A stretch of 64,000 nt of DNA from assembly GCA_963691875.1 (NCBI GenBank), contig OY829846.1, positions 640,001-704,000 of the forward strand, in the 5' to 3' direction. Source of the stretch: Aureliella sp. (GTDB lineage Bacteria > Planctomycetota > Planctomycetia > Pirellulales > Pirellulaceae). Of the stretch, positions 21,385 to 32,126 are shown in pieces. Below the pieces are notes generated by a model. That model searched no databases. It saw only the letters and a program-made list of their open reading frames with translations, and had not been told where the DNA came from. The position numbers and the translations under genes are program-made. Position 1 is the first letter of the stretch; each line of letters begins with the position of its first letter.

Positions 21385-23808
21385 TCAGGCGTGTAGCTCT
21401 TGCTCTTGGGCTTTGATATTTCGCTCCGCGTCACTTACTACACTTTTATGCAAGCTACGGCAGACATTAAGCAGTTCGAAAGATGCCTGCACCAGAGACT
21501 CAAGCTGCGTGTCTTCGCAGGCGAGATCGTAGACTTTCGTAGCTACAGCAGCTACTTCAGGCAGGTTAGATTGGTTCGCAGTCTGTCTTAGCCGATCTGC
21601 TAAAGCTACAAAGCTTTCATAATCACCTTGGTCTGCGGCGTCGGTGATCCGCTCAACTTGCTCGCTGATGCTGAGCAAAACCTCCTGTGAGATCTCTGTT
21701 GCTTCCGGTGCGGAAAACAGCGAGCCCTCCTGCACGACATCGCAAAACAGCTGGACCAAATCAGGATCGAATTGCGTTCCTGCACAGCGGCACAACTCAT
21801 TCAAAGCGTCTTGAATTGGCATACCGTTACGATAAGGTCGATCGGATACCATCGCATCGAACGAATCCGCGATGGTCAGGATCCTTGCTCCAATTGGAAT
21901 TTCTTCCCCGTGCAAACCACCTGTTCCTGTTCCATCGAACCGATTGTAATGACAGCGAACAATCTCGGTTAGCTCATCGTGCTTGAATGATTTGTTGATA
22001 ATCTCGATACCAAACCGATCATGTCGGTCCATGATCTTCCACTCCACTTCGTCGAGTCGCCCTGGCTTGAGAAGGATGGCATCCGGAACTCCAATCTTTC
22101 CGATGTCGTGCAAGAGTCCGGCTATCTCGATCACATAAACCTCTTTCGGTCCGAGCAATCGCTGAGCGAGTAGAGCCGCATAAGCCGCAACTCTCGTGGA
22201 GTGCGCACCAGTCTGTGCATCGCGATAGGACAACGCCGACAGTAACGCCGAAACCGCAGAGAATGGGATGGAATCACTGCTTTTGTTCTCTTCTGGCTTT
22301 ACACGAGAGATCTTTGATTCGTCGACGATTAAGTCGTCCGGTACCTTGTCAAAGCGAACGACTTGATCGCGACCTTTTCGCTTAGCAACATACAAACATT
22401 TATCCGCCTGATCGAGCAACGCTTGAGGATCTGATGCTCCTAGCTTGACTTCGGAAACACCAACACTTGCAGTGATAGTGAATCCAACAAAGTCGATCTT
22501 CGCCATGCTGCCACGAATTCTCTCTGCAGCTTCGCTCGCTTCATCCAGGGATAACCCGGGCATCAGAACACTGAACTCTTCACCACCATAGCGACAGACA
22601 ACGTCGTCATCGCGAGTCAGCTCATTGAGAAGCAGCCCGGTCGCTTGCAAGACGTCATCACCTTTGCTGTGACCATAGTTGTCGTTGATCGATTTGAAGA
22701 AATCGATGTCGACCATGAGTGCACACAGTGGTCGGCCGGATGTCTTCGATTCGTTGAACAGATTGTCAAACTGTTCGAAGAACGTTCGGCGATTGATACA
22801 ACTGGTCAAAGGATCTCGAGTTGCCAGGTGCCGTAGCTCTTCGTTTTGCTTTGTGATTTCATCTTTGGATTGATTCAGCTCGAATAGGGTGGTCGCTAGT
22901 TGCTCCCTTTTCTGCTCCAAAGGCGTCACGTCCGCTAGCGCTACCATCACGCCTTGGAATCGCCCTTCCTCATCCAGAATCGGTGACGAGTTCACAGAAA
23001 AAATCCTCCAACTGCCGTCAGAATGTTCGAGGCGAAGAGTGTGGCCATTGACAGCTTGTGTCGTGTTCGCAGTTATCTTCCAGGGCAGCGATAGTTCAGT
23101 ACTATCGGCAGTATGAGTCCATGGAAGCGTACGCATTGAGACACCAATCAGGTCATCCGGTGCCAGATCAAACAACCCGGCAAACGCATCGTTGACTAGC
23201 ACGACTTGCTCGTCGCGATCCAGCAACGCCACTCCTTCAGAGAAGCTGTCGAGTGTTTGACGCACTCGCGGGGGTACCGCCTTAGACGGGTCAATGTAGC
23301 GAAGTACGCGATATAGGAGTATCCATGCTACCAAGGCAACGATTGGGACCAGAATGGCAAGTAGGCTCGTGACCGTTGCGCTAAAGTATTTCTGCAGCCC
23401 GGTGTACACCGGTGCAAACTGCACTTCTAATCGTCCCCACAAAGCTGCTCCAGAAAGGATTGGAAGGACAAAACAACCGTCACTTTCCTTTTCCATTGCA
23501 TCGCGCCAGCTGAGCTCGTGTCCCCCTATTGCAGCAATAATCAGCTCGTCATCGCGTCGCAGGGCGGCCGAGATGAACTCTTTGTTCCGCTGCTTGAAGC
23601 TCTCCAGCTGAAGCTCGATCTGCTCGTACTCTGATCGCTCGACCAAGAAAGACATGCTCGTAGCAAGTGTTTCACACACTCGTACCCGCTGAGCGACTGC
23701 TGTTCCCCTCTCGTCGGGTACAAAGCCGAGCAGACTGGCAAATTGAACAGCAGCAATGCACACAGCCACAATCGTTAGATTGGTTCTGGTTACGCAGGAG
23801 AATTGCAT
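21385..23808 (-). CDS. Membrane PAS-GGDEF-HD-GYP protein with HPt-like tail
   Basis: 2 TM, PAS, DPLT, DIDFFKSINDNYGH, RDDD I-site, GGEEF, HDIGKIG, ADSFDAM..RPYR. Confidence 0.93.
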   Translation of the reverse strand: MQFSCVTRTNLTIVAVCIAAVQFASLLGFVPDERGTAVAQRVRVCETLATSMSFLVERSEYEQIELQLESFKQRNKEFISAALRRDDELIIAAIGGHELSWRDAMEKESDGCFVLPILSGAALWGRLEVQFAPVYTGLQKYFSATVTSLLAILVPIVALVAWILLYRVLRYIDPSKAVPPRVRQTLDSFSEGVALLDRDEQVVLVNDAFAGLFDLAPDDLIGVSMRTLPWTHTADSTELSLPWKITANTTQAVNGHTLRLEHSDGSWRIFSVNSSPILDEEGRFQGVMVALADVTPLEQKREQLATTLFELNQSKDEITKQNEELRHLATRDPLTSCINRRTFFEQFDNLFNESKTSGRPLCALMVDIDFFKSINDNYGHSKGDDVLQATGLLLNELTRDDDVVCRYGGEEFSVLMPGLSLDEASEAAERIRGSMAKIDFVGFTITASVGVSEVKLGASDPQALLDQADKCLYVAKRKGRDQVVRFDKVPDDLIVDESKISRVKPEENKSSDSIPFSAVSALLSALSYRDAQTGAHSTRVAAYAALLAQRLLGPKEVYVIEIAGLLHDIGKIGVPDAILLKPGRLDEVEWKIMDRHDRFGIEIINKSFKHDELTEIVRCHYNRFDGTGTGGLHGEEIPIGARILTIADSFDAMVSDRPYRNGMPIQDALNELCRCAGTQFDPDLVQLFCDVVQEGSLFSAPEATEISQEVLLSISEQVERITDAADQGDYESFVALADRLRQTANQSNLPEVAAVATKVYDLACEDTQLESLVQASFELLNVCRSLHKSVVSDAERNIKAQEQELHA

Positions 23809-25310
23809 AGGCAGAAGTTTCTATACCTGCACTGAAAATGAAGTTCCAGGGCAGTAGATTTTCATGGAATCGTGGGCATGAACGGTTCCTTAATCTGTAC
23901 ACCCAAGCCTAGCCCTTCATGCGGGGAGAGCAGGAATCGCTTCGCCATTGATCCAATTGAGGACTTGTCGTCGAAATGAGGAAATTGGGGATTCCAGTTC
24001 TGCGGATTATTCAGACGTGAGCTGGCGAGATAGCAACGGATGATCAGCGTTCGACGAAGATTGACTTGCTTGCAGAAACTGCGATCGAGACTTGAAGTCC
24101 GGAACTTTGGGATAATAAACCAGCACGAAGATTGGTTAATAAACTAGCCCAGGCCGGCAAAGAAGAATTAACTGGTGCGAGTGTCAATGAACCGCTGGCC
24201 AGCCATACAGCGGCCAGTGCGGTTGCTCCAACAAAAGCGCTCGTCGCGGTGCCAGAAATTGGTTTTTGCCTGGCCATGCTCTACGTGTAGTTCGGCTTGA
24301 TCGCATGTGTACGCTCACCACTCCAACTCAATAGCCGTTGTTTACTCATCCTGGTCGACATTGCGCACAAGTAGAGATTGGAGTTGTTGCGATCAATGAC
24401 GCTGGAAAAGCCTCGCTTACTATGCAAAGGGATTGCTTTTCGAATTCGCGCCGTTGCCAGTTGTCAACAGTGCTCCTTTCTCAATTGAGTCCTCCTCGAA
24501 GGCTACAACAGCAGTGCCAGCTACTCACACTCCCCAGCCTGCTTTAATGACTCATAGGCTACCAGCCCAACATGGAGCAGTCCGACCCGTTCGACCTTCC
24601 CTTAGTCATAATCGGAGTTGCTTTCCGCTTCGACAGTCTGTTGACAGTCGAGTGGAGAACCAGACGCATTGCCTTGATTTTCGGCAGACCTACACTTGCA
24701 AATTGCACTTCGATCTACCAGTGACACGGCCAGATATTGCAACACCATCCGTCAACGAATCTAAGAAGATCAGCCGCTGCTTCACGAACGAGGGGTCAAG
24801 ATAAAACCGCCATCTAATTGAAGTAAAAGTAATCCATCTGCCGGTGGCAGGTCGTTGGACAGCGGACTAACTCTACAGATTGCGATATTCAAGCTGAAGG
24901 GTAGCCGGTGTGCCTTCACATTGAGCCGAAACGCTTCTTCGTCCGCTTCGTAGTTATTGATTGATTTTGGCCAGCAGTCGTGTAACCCTGAGAAAGAGCT
25001 GATTAGCAGATTCAAAGAGCCCATCCGCAGCGGCGCAGAGCCCAACATTTGAAACCTTAGTTGTGCTTGGATTACGGGGCAGAATCTGACTCTGTTCAGA
25101 TCGCCCACGGCACGCAGGCCTTCCAGCAGCGGTGGGCCGACTGCGTCTAACAATCGGATTACGCCGCCCTTCCCAGCCGATGCGTTAAAAGCATCAAAAA
25201 GGGACCCGTGGCAGAATAAAGCGACAAGCCACTAAGCGTTGGATCTTCCAAGGCCTCTGAACGGGCTATCGGAATCTGAAATCGTTCCACAAATAATCAG
25301 CACACGTAGC

Positions 25311-26672
25311 CTAGCGTTTGCGTCGATAGAATTCCGCAAGTTGCTCAACTGGAACGCCAAACCAATACGCAACGATCATCCATTGATTGATCCAAGTCGT
25401 TCTCCAGAACCCGAGCTTTTGCCATCGCCGCGCCGACGTCTTGATGAATCCATCGCCCACCAAAACACGCCCCAATCGCTTCACTCGTTTCACGAATTCG
25501 TAATCCTCCATGATCGGCTGTTCAGGAAATCCACCAGCGACTTGGAACATTGGCTGCTTTACAAAGATACCTTGATCACCGTACGGCAACCCTTGCAAGC
25601 GACAGCGCAACCGAACTCCGAACTCAACCCATCTAGCAAGTCGCGCATCGGAGTCAATACGCAGGCTAAAGGCTCCAGCGACACATCCTTCCTGCGTAAG
25701 GAGAGCGCAAGCTTGATCATCAAATCCGTCAGGCAACTCACTATCGGCATGCAGGAAAAGCAAGTTCTCAGAACCTGCCTCAGCAGCTCCTCGGTTCATC
25801 TTTTCAGCTCGCGTTCCATCGAGAGTCAAAAAATGAGCACCTCGATCTCGACATGCAAGCAGCGTCTCAGACTGCACATCACTTCCGACAACCAGCTTCT
25901 CAGCGCCCTCCGCAGATCGAAGAGCAAACTCTAGACGCCGCTCAGCGCCGCGACACGGAACCACAACTGAGATTCGGTTCGCCTGCGCGCGGTCGTAATC
26001 CTTCGCCTGCTCCCAAATCCCCAAATCCTCCGGGAGGTCCACGTCGTGAAGTGCCGGTTGCAAACCAATCTTCGATACGCCCGCATTTAGGAGCTGTTTT
26101 ACGGTGGTTTCGAAAACGGAGTCAGTTCCCCAGTCGACCGTCTTGAACAGAGCCATGCATACTGCACCCCAGCCATGAGAATTTAGCCGGGGTAGATTCA
26201 AGCCAAGCAAGGCGTATCCACCATCGGCTGCTGGCACGAAACAAACGTCTTGATCTTGCAGCCGACGCAACATAAGCTTAGCGATACGCTCATCAATCTG
26301 CGGACAGTCGGTGCCAACAAACAGGAGTTTTACGAACCCCTGGTGCAATGCTTCTTCCGCGACTGCCATCAGCTTGTCACCAAGATCACCTTCCACCTGC
26401 GACTGACATCCCCACGATTCTTGAAGGCCGAAGGTTTTTCGAAACAGTTCAGGTGTTGCGCCACTGGTATGTACTGCAACGCGAACGGAGTTCTGCTTAT
26501 GCAGCTCCGCCGCCCACTGCAACGTCCGTTCTGTCATCTCGCGATGCAACGCGCTCGCTCCCTCTTCCCCAAGTGCAGGGATGAGACGTGTCTTACATTT
26601 CCCAGCCTCAGGATAACGCGCAAATACTGCGAGTTGGCTAGGGGAACTGTCGAGACTGAAGGAGGAGTTCAC
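25311..26672 (-). CDS. Fused DUF2064/TIGR04282-type and TIGR04283-type (GT2) glycosyltransferase
   Basis: N-half FARYPEAGKCKTRL, GTDCP, DGGYALLG, DVDLPEDL; C-half ISVVVP, LFLHAD, PYGDQG, MEDYEF, TSARRW. Confidence 0.88.
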   Translation of the reverse strand: MNSSFSLDSSPSQLAVFARYPEAGKCKTRLIPALGEEGASALHREMTERTLQWAAELHKQNSVRVAVHTSGATPELFRKTFGLQESWGCQSQVEGDLGDKLMAVAEEALHQGFVKLLFVGTDCPQIDERIAKLMLRRLQDQDVCFVPAADGGYALLGLNLPRLNSHGWGAVCMALFKTVDWGTDSVFETTVKQLLNAGVSKIGLQPALHDVDLPEDLGIWEQAKDYDRAQANRISVVVPCRGAERRLEFALRSAEGAEKLVVGSDVQSETLLACRDRGAHFLTLDGTRAEKMNRGAAEAGSENLLFLHADSELPDGFDDQACALLTQEGCVAGAFSLRIDSDARLARWVEFGVRLRCRLQGLPYGDQGIFVKQPMFQVAGGFPEQPIMEDYEFVKRVKRLGRVLVGDGFIKTSARRWQKLGFWRTTWINQWMIVAYWFGVPVEQLAEFYRRKR

Positions 26673-26917
26673 AAGCTATATTGATTCTACGAGGCAGAAA
26701 GACGGCTCGATTATCGCATAGATCGGCTCGGTTGCTAGCCATGCGATTGGCAGGTCGACGCGAAGAGAGAGTCGGGAACCATTTCGCCTCCAATTGTTCA
26801 TGCCAGAGGCAGTCACTTTTGAATTGCTACCATATCATTCGACGAAGCCGTTAGAATAAAGAGTCCTTCCCCACCATTGCGCACTCCTTTCAGAGTCCCG
26901 CCTTAGGAGCAACACAG

Positions 26918-28336
26918 ATGACTTCTCTGCCATCACGCCGAAGGTTCCTCCAGCAAGCTGGCGGCGGGATGGGAAGCCTCGCCCTGCTCTCTCAACTTCT
27001 GAAACCTGGTGAAGCTTCATCACCTACACTTGCCGAAGGACATGAGGACTGGTTCTCACCACAACGCGCGAAAGTGAAGAGGATTATCTGGCTCTTCATG
27101 CACGGCGGACCAAGCCACATGGATCTGTTCGACCCCAAGCCATTGCTCAAAAAGCTCGACGGTAAGACTATTCCTGACAGCTTCGGCCCGGTTCGCACTC
27201 GGCGAGCCGTTGCACGCAATCCGCTACTCGGGCCACTGAAGCCTTTTCGCCCACGCGGAGAATCTGGTATTGAAGTGAGCGACTTCCTGCCTCAGATCGC
27301 AAAGCATGTAGATGATCTCTGCATAGTGCGCAGCATGCATGGTGACAGTGTGAATCATCCACAGTCGGTCTATCAAATGAACACTGGCAGCATTCTCATG
27401 GGACGCCCAAGCGTTGGAAGTTGGGTTGCCTTCGGCTTAGGCTCAGAGAACCAAGACTTGCCATCTTTTGTCGTCTTGCCCGATCCACGCGGTGGACTGA
27501 AGGGAGGACCACCAGCTTGGGGCAGCGGATTTCTCCCTGCAACCTTCCAGGGTGTTACAATGCGTTCAGGTAAACAGCCGATCCTGCATTTGAGACCGCC
27601 TGCGGGAATTAGTCCTGACCAACATCGTGAGTCATTAACTCTCACTCAGCGACTCAATGCAATGCACCTTGCTTCACGAGGCGGCAATGACGAGCTTGAG
27701 GCGCGAATCGCTGCTTATGAACTCGCTTTTCGAATGCAAAGTGCCGCACCAGAACTAGTCGACATCGACCAGGAAACGATGGCAACGCGGCAGCTCTATG
27801 GGCTTGAGGGAAAAGCAACACAAGAGTTCGGCACTCGTTGCTTGCTCGCACGGCGTTTGCTTGAGCGAGGGGTGCGATTCGTGCAAGTCTACTCTGGCGA
27901 CACCAACGGCTGGGATGCGCACAAGAATGTACTTACTAACCATACCGAGTACTGCCGCGCCACCGACGGCCCCATCTCAGGATTGCTAACGGATCTCAAG
28001 CAAAGGGGTCTGTGGGACGACACTCTAGTAATTTGGGGCGGCGAATTCGGAAGGATGCCGATGAGTGAGCAAGGGACCGGCAGAGACCACAACCCTTGGG
28101 GCTACTGTTGCTGGCTCGGCGGAGGCGGTGTTCGTGCTGGACATGTGCACGGAGCAACGGATGACATTGGATTACGCGCAGAGGTAGACAAAGTACATGT
28201 CAGCAATCTTCACGCAACTATTCTACATCTACTCGGTATTGACCCCAAAGCACTTTCCTATTTCCACAACGGGCTCGACGAGCGATTGATTGGGCCGACA
28301 GATGACGTCGATATTGTTCCGGAGCTGTTAGCATGA
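26918..28336 (+). CDS. DUF1501 family (sulfatase-like) protein with Tat signal
   Basis: SRRRFL, FMHGGPSHMDLFDPKP, YELAFRMQ, ERGVRFVQ, WDAH, GEFGRMP, GRDHNP. Confidence 0.93.
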   Translation: MTSLPSRRRFLQQAGGGMGSLALLSQLLKPGEASSPTLAEGHEDWFSPQRAKVKRIIWLFMHGGPSHMDLFDPKPLLKKLDGKTIPDSFGPVRTRRAVARNPLLGPLKPFRPRGESGIEVSDFLPQIAKHVDDLCIVRSMHGDSVNHPQSVYQMNTGSILMGRPSVGSWVAFGLGSENQDLPSFVVLPDPRGGLKGGPPAWGSGFLPATFQGVTMRSGKQPILHLRPPAGISPDQHRESLTLTQRLNAMHLASRGGNDELEARIAAYELAFRMQSAAPELVDIDQETMATRQLYGLEGKATQEFGTRCLLARRLLERGVRFVQVYSGDTNGWDAHKNVLTNHTEYCRATDGPISGLLTDLKQRGLWDDTLVIWGGEFGRMPMSEQGTGRDHNPWGYCCWLGGGGVRAGHVHGATDDIGLRAEVDKVHVSNLHATILHLLGIDPKALSYFHNGLDERLIGPTDDVDIVPELLA

Positions 28337-30288
28337 CTGGAAAGCAGATTTCCAACTCCGCCTGGTTCTGTCTTTTGCCCACTCTTTTTCTCCCAACCGA
28401 CCTTTGCTATGCGGACGAAGAGCTCACAACAAAGCTGAACCATGATGAGATTCCAGAATCAGCACTAATGCCGGAGGATCGGGAACATTGGTCGCTTCTG
28501 CCGATCACAAACCCCGAACTGCCGCAGATCAAAGATTTCGACAAGGCTCGACAACCAGTCGACTACTTCATCCTTCGCAGGCTAGAAGACAGAGGACTCA
28601 CCCTCGCACCGGAGGCAAGTCGTGAAACCTTGATTCGGCGAATCAAGTTCGACTTACTCGGACTCCCGCCAACTCCAGATGAGATCATTGCCTTTTCAAA
28701 CGATCTCGAACCTATGGCCTGCGAGCGCCTCGTCGATCATTATTTAGCGTCACCAAGATATGGTGAGCGGTGGGCGCAGTATTGGCTGGATCTGGCACGA
28801 TTTGCCGAAACCGATGGATTTGAACATGACAAAGTCAGGCCTGAAGCTTGGCGGTATCGCGATTGGATTATCAACGCACTCAACAGCGGCATGGGCTATG
28901 ACCAATTCGTGCGACTGCAACTTTGCGGCGATTCCGTTGAACCGACAGAAAATAGGATCGCGACCTATTTTGCATTGGCGGGCCCTGACATGCCAGACAT
29001 CAACGAGCAAGACCTGCGTCGGCACGACAAGCTAAACGAACTCACGGGTACGATTGGAACCACACTGCTTGGCCTGACTTTTCAGTGTGCGCAGTGCCAC
29101 GATCACAAATACGATCCGATATCACAGGCGGACTTCTATCGGCTGCGAGCAATCTTCGAACCAGCAATTCCGACTCTGCAACGAAACAAGCAGGTCATTC
29201 GCCTCGAGGAGCAAGACAAACCGACCGAGGCTCGTTTCTACCGGCGAGGTGACCTTTCCGGCGCCGGACCGGCAGTTCGGCCAGCGTTTCCAAGACTGGC
29301 TTGTACTGTCGATGGTGTTTCGCATTGTTCTCCAAGAGATGCACGCAAAGCTTTCTGTGATTGGCTTTTCGCCGATGACAATCCCCTGACCGCGCGTGTG
29401 ATCGCTAATCGCGTTTGGCAACATCACTTTGGCAATCCGCTGACTGAAAACCCTAACGATCTAGGAATCGTAGCGGGTGGCCCCACACACGAGCAATTGC
29501 TCGACTGGCTAGCAAGTGAGCTTCGCGAGTCCGACTGGTCCCTCAAGCAACTGCATCGCAGCATTCTACTTTCGGCAACTTATCGCCAAGCTGGCATTGC
29601 GAGTCTTAAGGAACCAGCGGTAAAGCTTAGTCAAGAAGCAGACCCCAAGAACGACCTGTTCGCTTTCTTTTCAACGCGTCGTCTCGAAGGCGAGACAATT
29701 CGTGATGCCATGCTTTCTACGGCTGGTCTGATTGATCTGCAACGAGGTGGCGAAGGAGTCCGTCCGCCGTTGCCGCCAGAATTGGTTAAGACACTGCTAC
29801 GCGATCATTGGAAAGTATCCGAAAACAAGGCAGACCACGTTCGACGCAGCATCTACGTCTTCGCGAGACGCAACTTGCGATATCCCATCTTTGATGCATT
29901 CGACCGTCCTGATGCCGGAGCTACTTGTGCGATGCGGAACCGCAGTACTACTGCAGTACAGTCGCTCCATCTGCTGAATAGCCAATTGACTCTCGACTGC
30001 GCAGAAGGACTCGCGGCACGAATACTATCTGAAAGCTTGCACAAGGACGCGAACTTCTTAAGTCTTCCAACGCAAGAAATCGTTCGCCGAGCAACCAACC
30101 TGCTCTTCAGGCTCACCCTTGGCAGAGCACCTGCTAATAAAGAAGCTGAACTTATTAACACGGTTATCGAGAAGCATCTTCCTGCGGCTGAATTCACTCA
30201 GCAACAAACTCACGATAAGCTACACTCAGCCCTTGTCTCGGTCGCTATCTCAATCTTCAATACAAATGAATTCATCTATCTCGACTAG
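28333..30288 (+). CDS. DUF1549/DUF1553 (PSD1) Planctomycete protein
   Basis: DLLGLPPT, SPRYGERWAQYWLDLARFAET, CAQCHDHKYDPI, ARVIANRVWQHHFG, RRSIY. Confidence 0.93.
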   Translation: MTGKQISNSAWFCLLPTLFLPTDLCYADEELTTKLNHDEIPESALMPEDREHWSLLPITNPELPQIKDFDKARQPVDYFILRRLEDRGLTLAPEASRETLIRRIKFDLLGLPPTPDEIIAFSNDLEPMACERLVDHYLASPRYGERWAQYWLDLARFAETDGFEHDKVRPEAWRYRDWIINALNSGMGYDQFVRLQLCGDSVEPTENRIATYFALAGPDMPDINEQDLRRHDKLNELTGTIGTTLLGLTFQCAQCHDHKYDPISQADFYRLRAIFEPAIPTLQRNKQVIRLEEQDKPTEARFYRRGDLSGAGPAVRPAFPRLACTVDGVSHCSPRDARKAFCDWLFADDNPLTARVIANRVWQHHFGNPLTENPNDLGIVAGGPTHEQLLDWLASELRESDWSLKQLHRSILLSATYRQAGIASLKEPAVKLSQEADPKNDLFAFFSTRRLEGETIRDAMLSTAGLIDLQRGGEGVRPPLPPELVKTLLRDHWKVSENKADHVRRSIYVFARRNLRYPIFDAFDRPDAGATCAMRNRSTTAVQSLHLLNSQLTLDCAEGLAARILSESLHKDANFLSLPTQEIVRRATNLLFRLTLGRAPANKEAELINTVIEKHLPAAEFTQQQTHDKLHSALVSVAISIFNTNEFIYLD

Positions 30289-31080
30289 CGGCAGATCTTG
30301 CCATTGCGAAAAGTAGATAACGGGTATCCTAGTTCACCCGTGCCGATCGAACTGGGAATTCCCGTGCGGTGATCGGGATAGATGCTGCGTCCATAATCAG
30401 CAGCGATATTCGGTCAGATCTCAGCGTGCATCTGAACCTAATTGTTCTTTTCATCCCAAATGTGATATCAGAGTCGTCAACGTTCCGCGGCAAGTGTGGC
30501 CACAATTGGACCTTCGCAGACGATTCGGTCCTCGCTTCCATCGGATTCGGTGTTGTGGACTCGGGACAATTCAGGAATTCACGCAAACAGCAAAATGCCG
30601 CGGCATGGCCTCTCTTATTCGAGTTTGCCTCATTCGGAGTATTGACTCTGACTACAAGTCTCTATTCAAAGCTCTTGCTCGGCGGACCTGTGTGAACCTT
30701 CCAGATTCAGCACACGTAATGATAGTCAGCCAAGATACTTCTGGATTTTCTATAGACTCGATCGATCTTTGCGGCAGATTGGTCCAAGATGTCGGCAGCA
30801 TTCTTCGAAATTTACGTGGTAAAATCCGCGACCATACTACAAGGGTATTACAGGCCTAAGAGAAAACCGATGGAAAGGCTAGCGTTCAAGATAGAACTTA
30901 CCAATTTTCAATCTACGAGTCTTAATAGCACAAACTCAAGCTTGACGAAATCAATTGCCGCTAAATTCAATTGCACCACTACCGCAGAGGCACTCAGAGC
31001 AATCTTTCGCACGTTTTGAATAACCGTGGAGAGAGTCAGAAATATCCTTGCCCTTAGTGTTTGTCTCGGAGCTTTCTTGC

Positions 31081-31928
31081 TCAAGGTAATCCGGCCAAGA
31101 ATCGATCTAGTGCACAACGATACTCCTCGGACTGCGGGGCGTTGTGGCCGCCACCTTTGATGGTGACAAACTGCTTGGGCACGTTCGCGGCTGCAAACAA
31201 TCTTTTTCCGAGCTCGTAGGGAATGACCGCGTCAGCATCACCGTGACTTTGAAGAAGTGGCCCGGTATAGTCCGCGATCTTGCTTAGCGAATCGAGCCTT
31301 TGCGTCATCAGCAGTGAAGTTGGAACCCATGGCAACTGTGCCTTGCCAGCCGCAGGTAGAGAAGTGAAAGTGCTGGCCAGAACCAGGCCGCGCGCACCGT
31401 CTTTGGCCGCAAGGTCTACCGCGACGCCGCCTCCAAGAGACCGTCCCATAAGTACAATCTCAGACTCTGCAATCCCCACGCGATTTGCAAGCCAAGCCCT
31501 TGCCGCCCTAGCGTCCTCAAGAATGCCTTCCTCGTCCGGCTTGCCTTCGCTCTTTCCATAGCCACGATAGTCAAAAACGAGTGCCGCCACTCCGTGACGC
31601 TCATTCAAGAGCCGAAGAGAATCAACTCGGTGAGACACATTGCCAGCATTGCCATGCATAAAAAGTGCGACCGCAATGGGCTTGGGATGATCGATGAAGA
31701 TACCATGCAATTGGGTTCCATCTGCAGATCGGAAGAATGCGTCCTCTAAATGACTCGCGAGTTCAGTGTTCTGCTGGTCAGATGTCTTTGTTGGAAAGTA
31801 AATCAGAGACGCTCAAGCGGACGCAGCGGCGAAAAGCGTCCGATCACTGCACAGCCACCCTGGGATAATACGCCACAAACCAGCAAAAATGCTAGCATCG
31901 AGCTCCTTTTCTGCTTTCCAATTGGCAT
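31081..31928 (-). pseudogene. ABHD17/Bem46-like alpha/beta hydrolase with a 1-bp deletion near 31810 (pseudogene or sequence error)
   Basis: HGNAGN, DYRGYG, GRSLGG, HGDAD, GGHN; an upstream frame gives a signal peptide ending ...PLRPLE, then 'cg tct ctg att tac ttt cca' (R-SLIYFP) one base short. Confidence 0.8.
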
Positions 31929-32126
31929 CTGCAGTTCCTAGCGAGCCACTTTTTCTTTTCTTTAGATTCGAGTTACAGATTAGGGCAAACAGTTGCAAGG
32001 GAGAATAGCTTGCCGTCATGCTGACAGCTAGTGAAAGATTGCCCTTGAAACCCGATCGCAATTCTGGCATTAACCGACTTGTCGGCAATTCTGGCCAGTT
32101 ACACGATCTTCACGAGTTGGCGTTAA

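Noticed and set aside
25239..25934. 231 aa + strand ORF and similar antisense ORFs (e.g. 10827-11438, 46679-47299, 57064-57699)
   Set aside because: Shadow frames opposite well-supported genes
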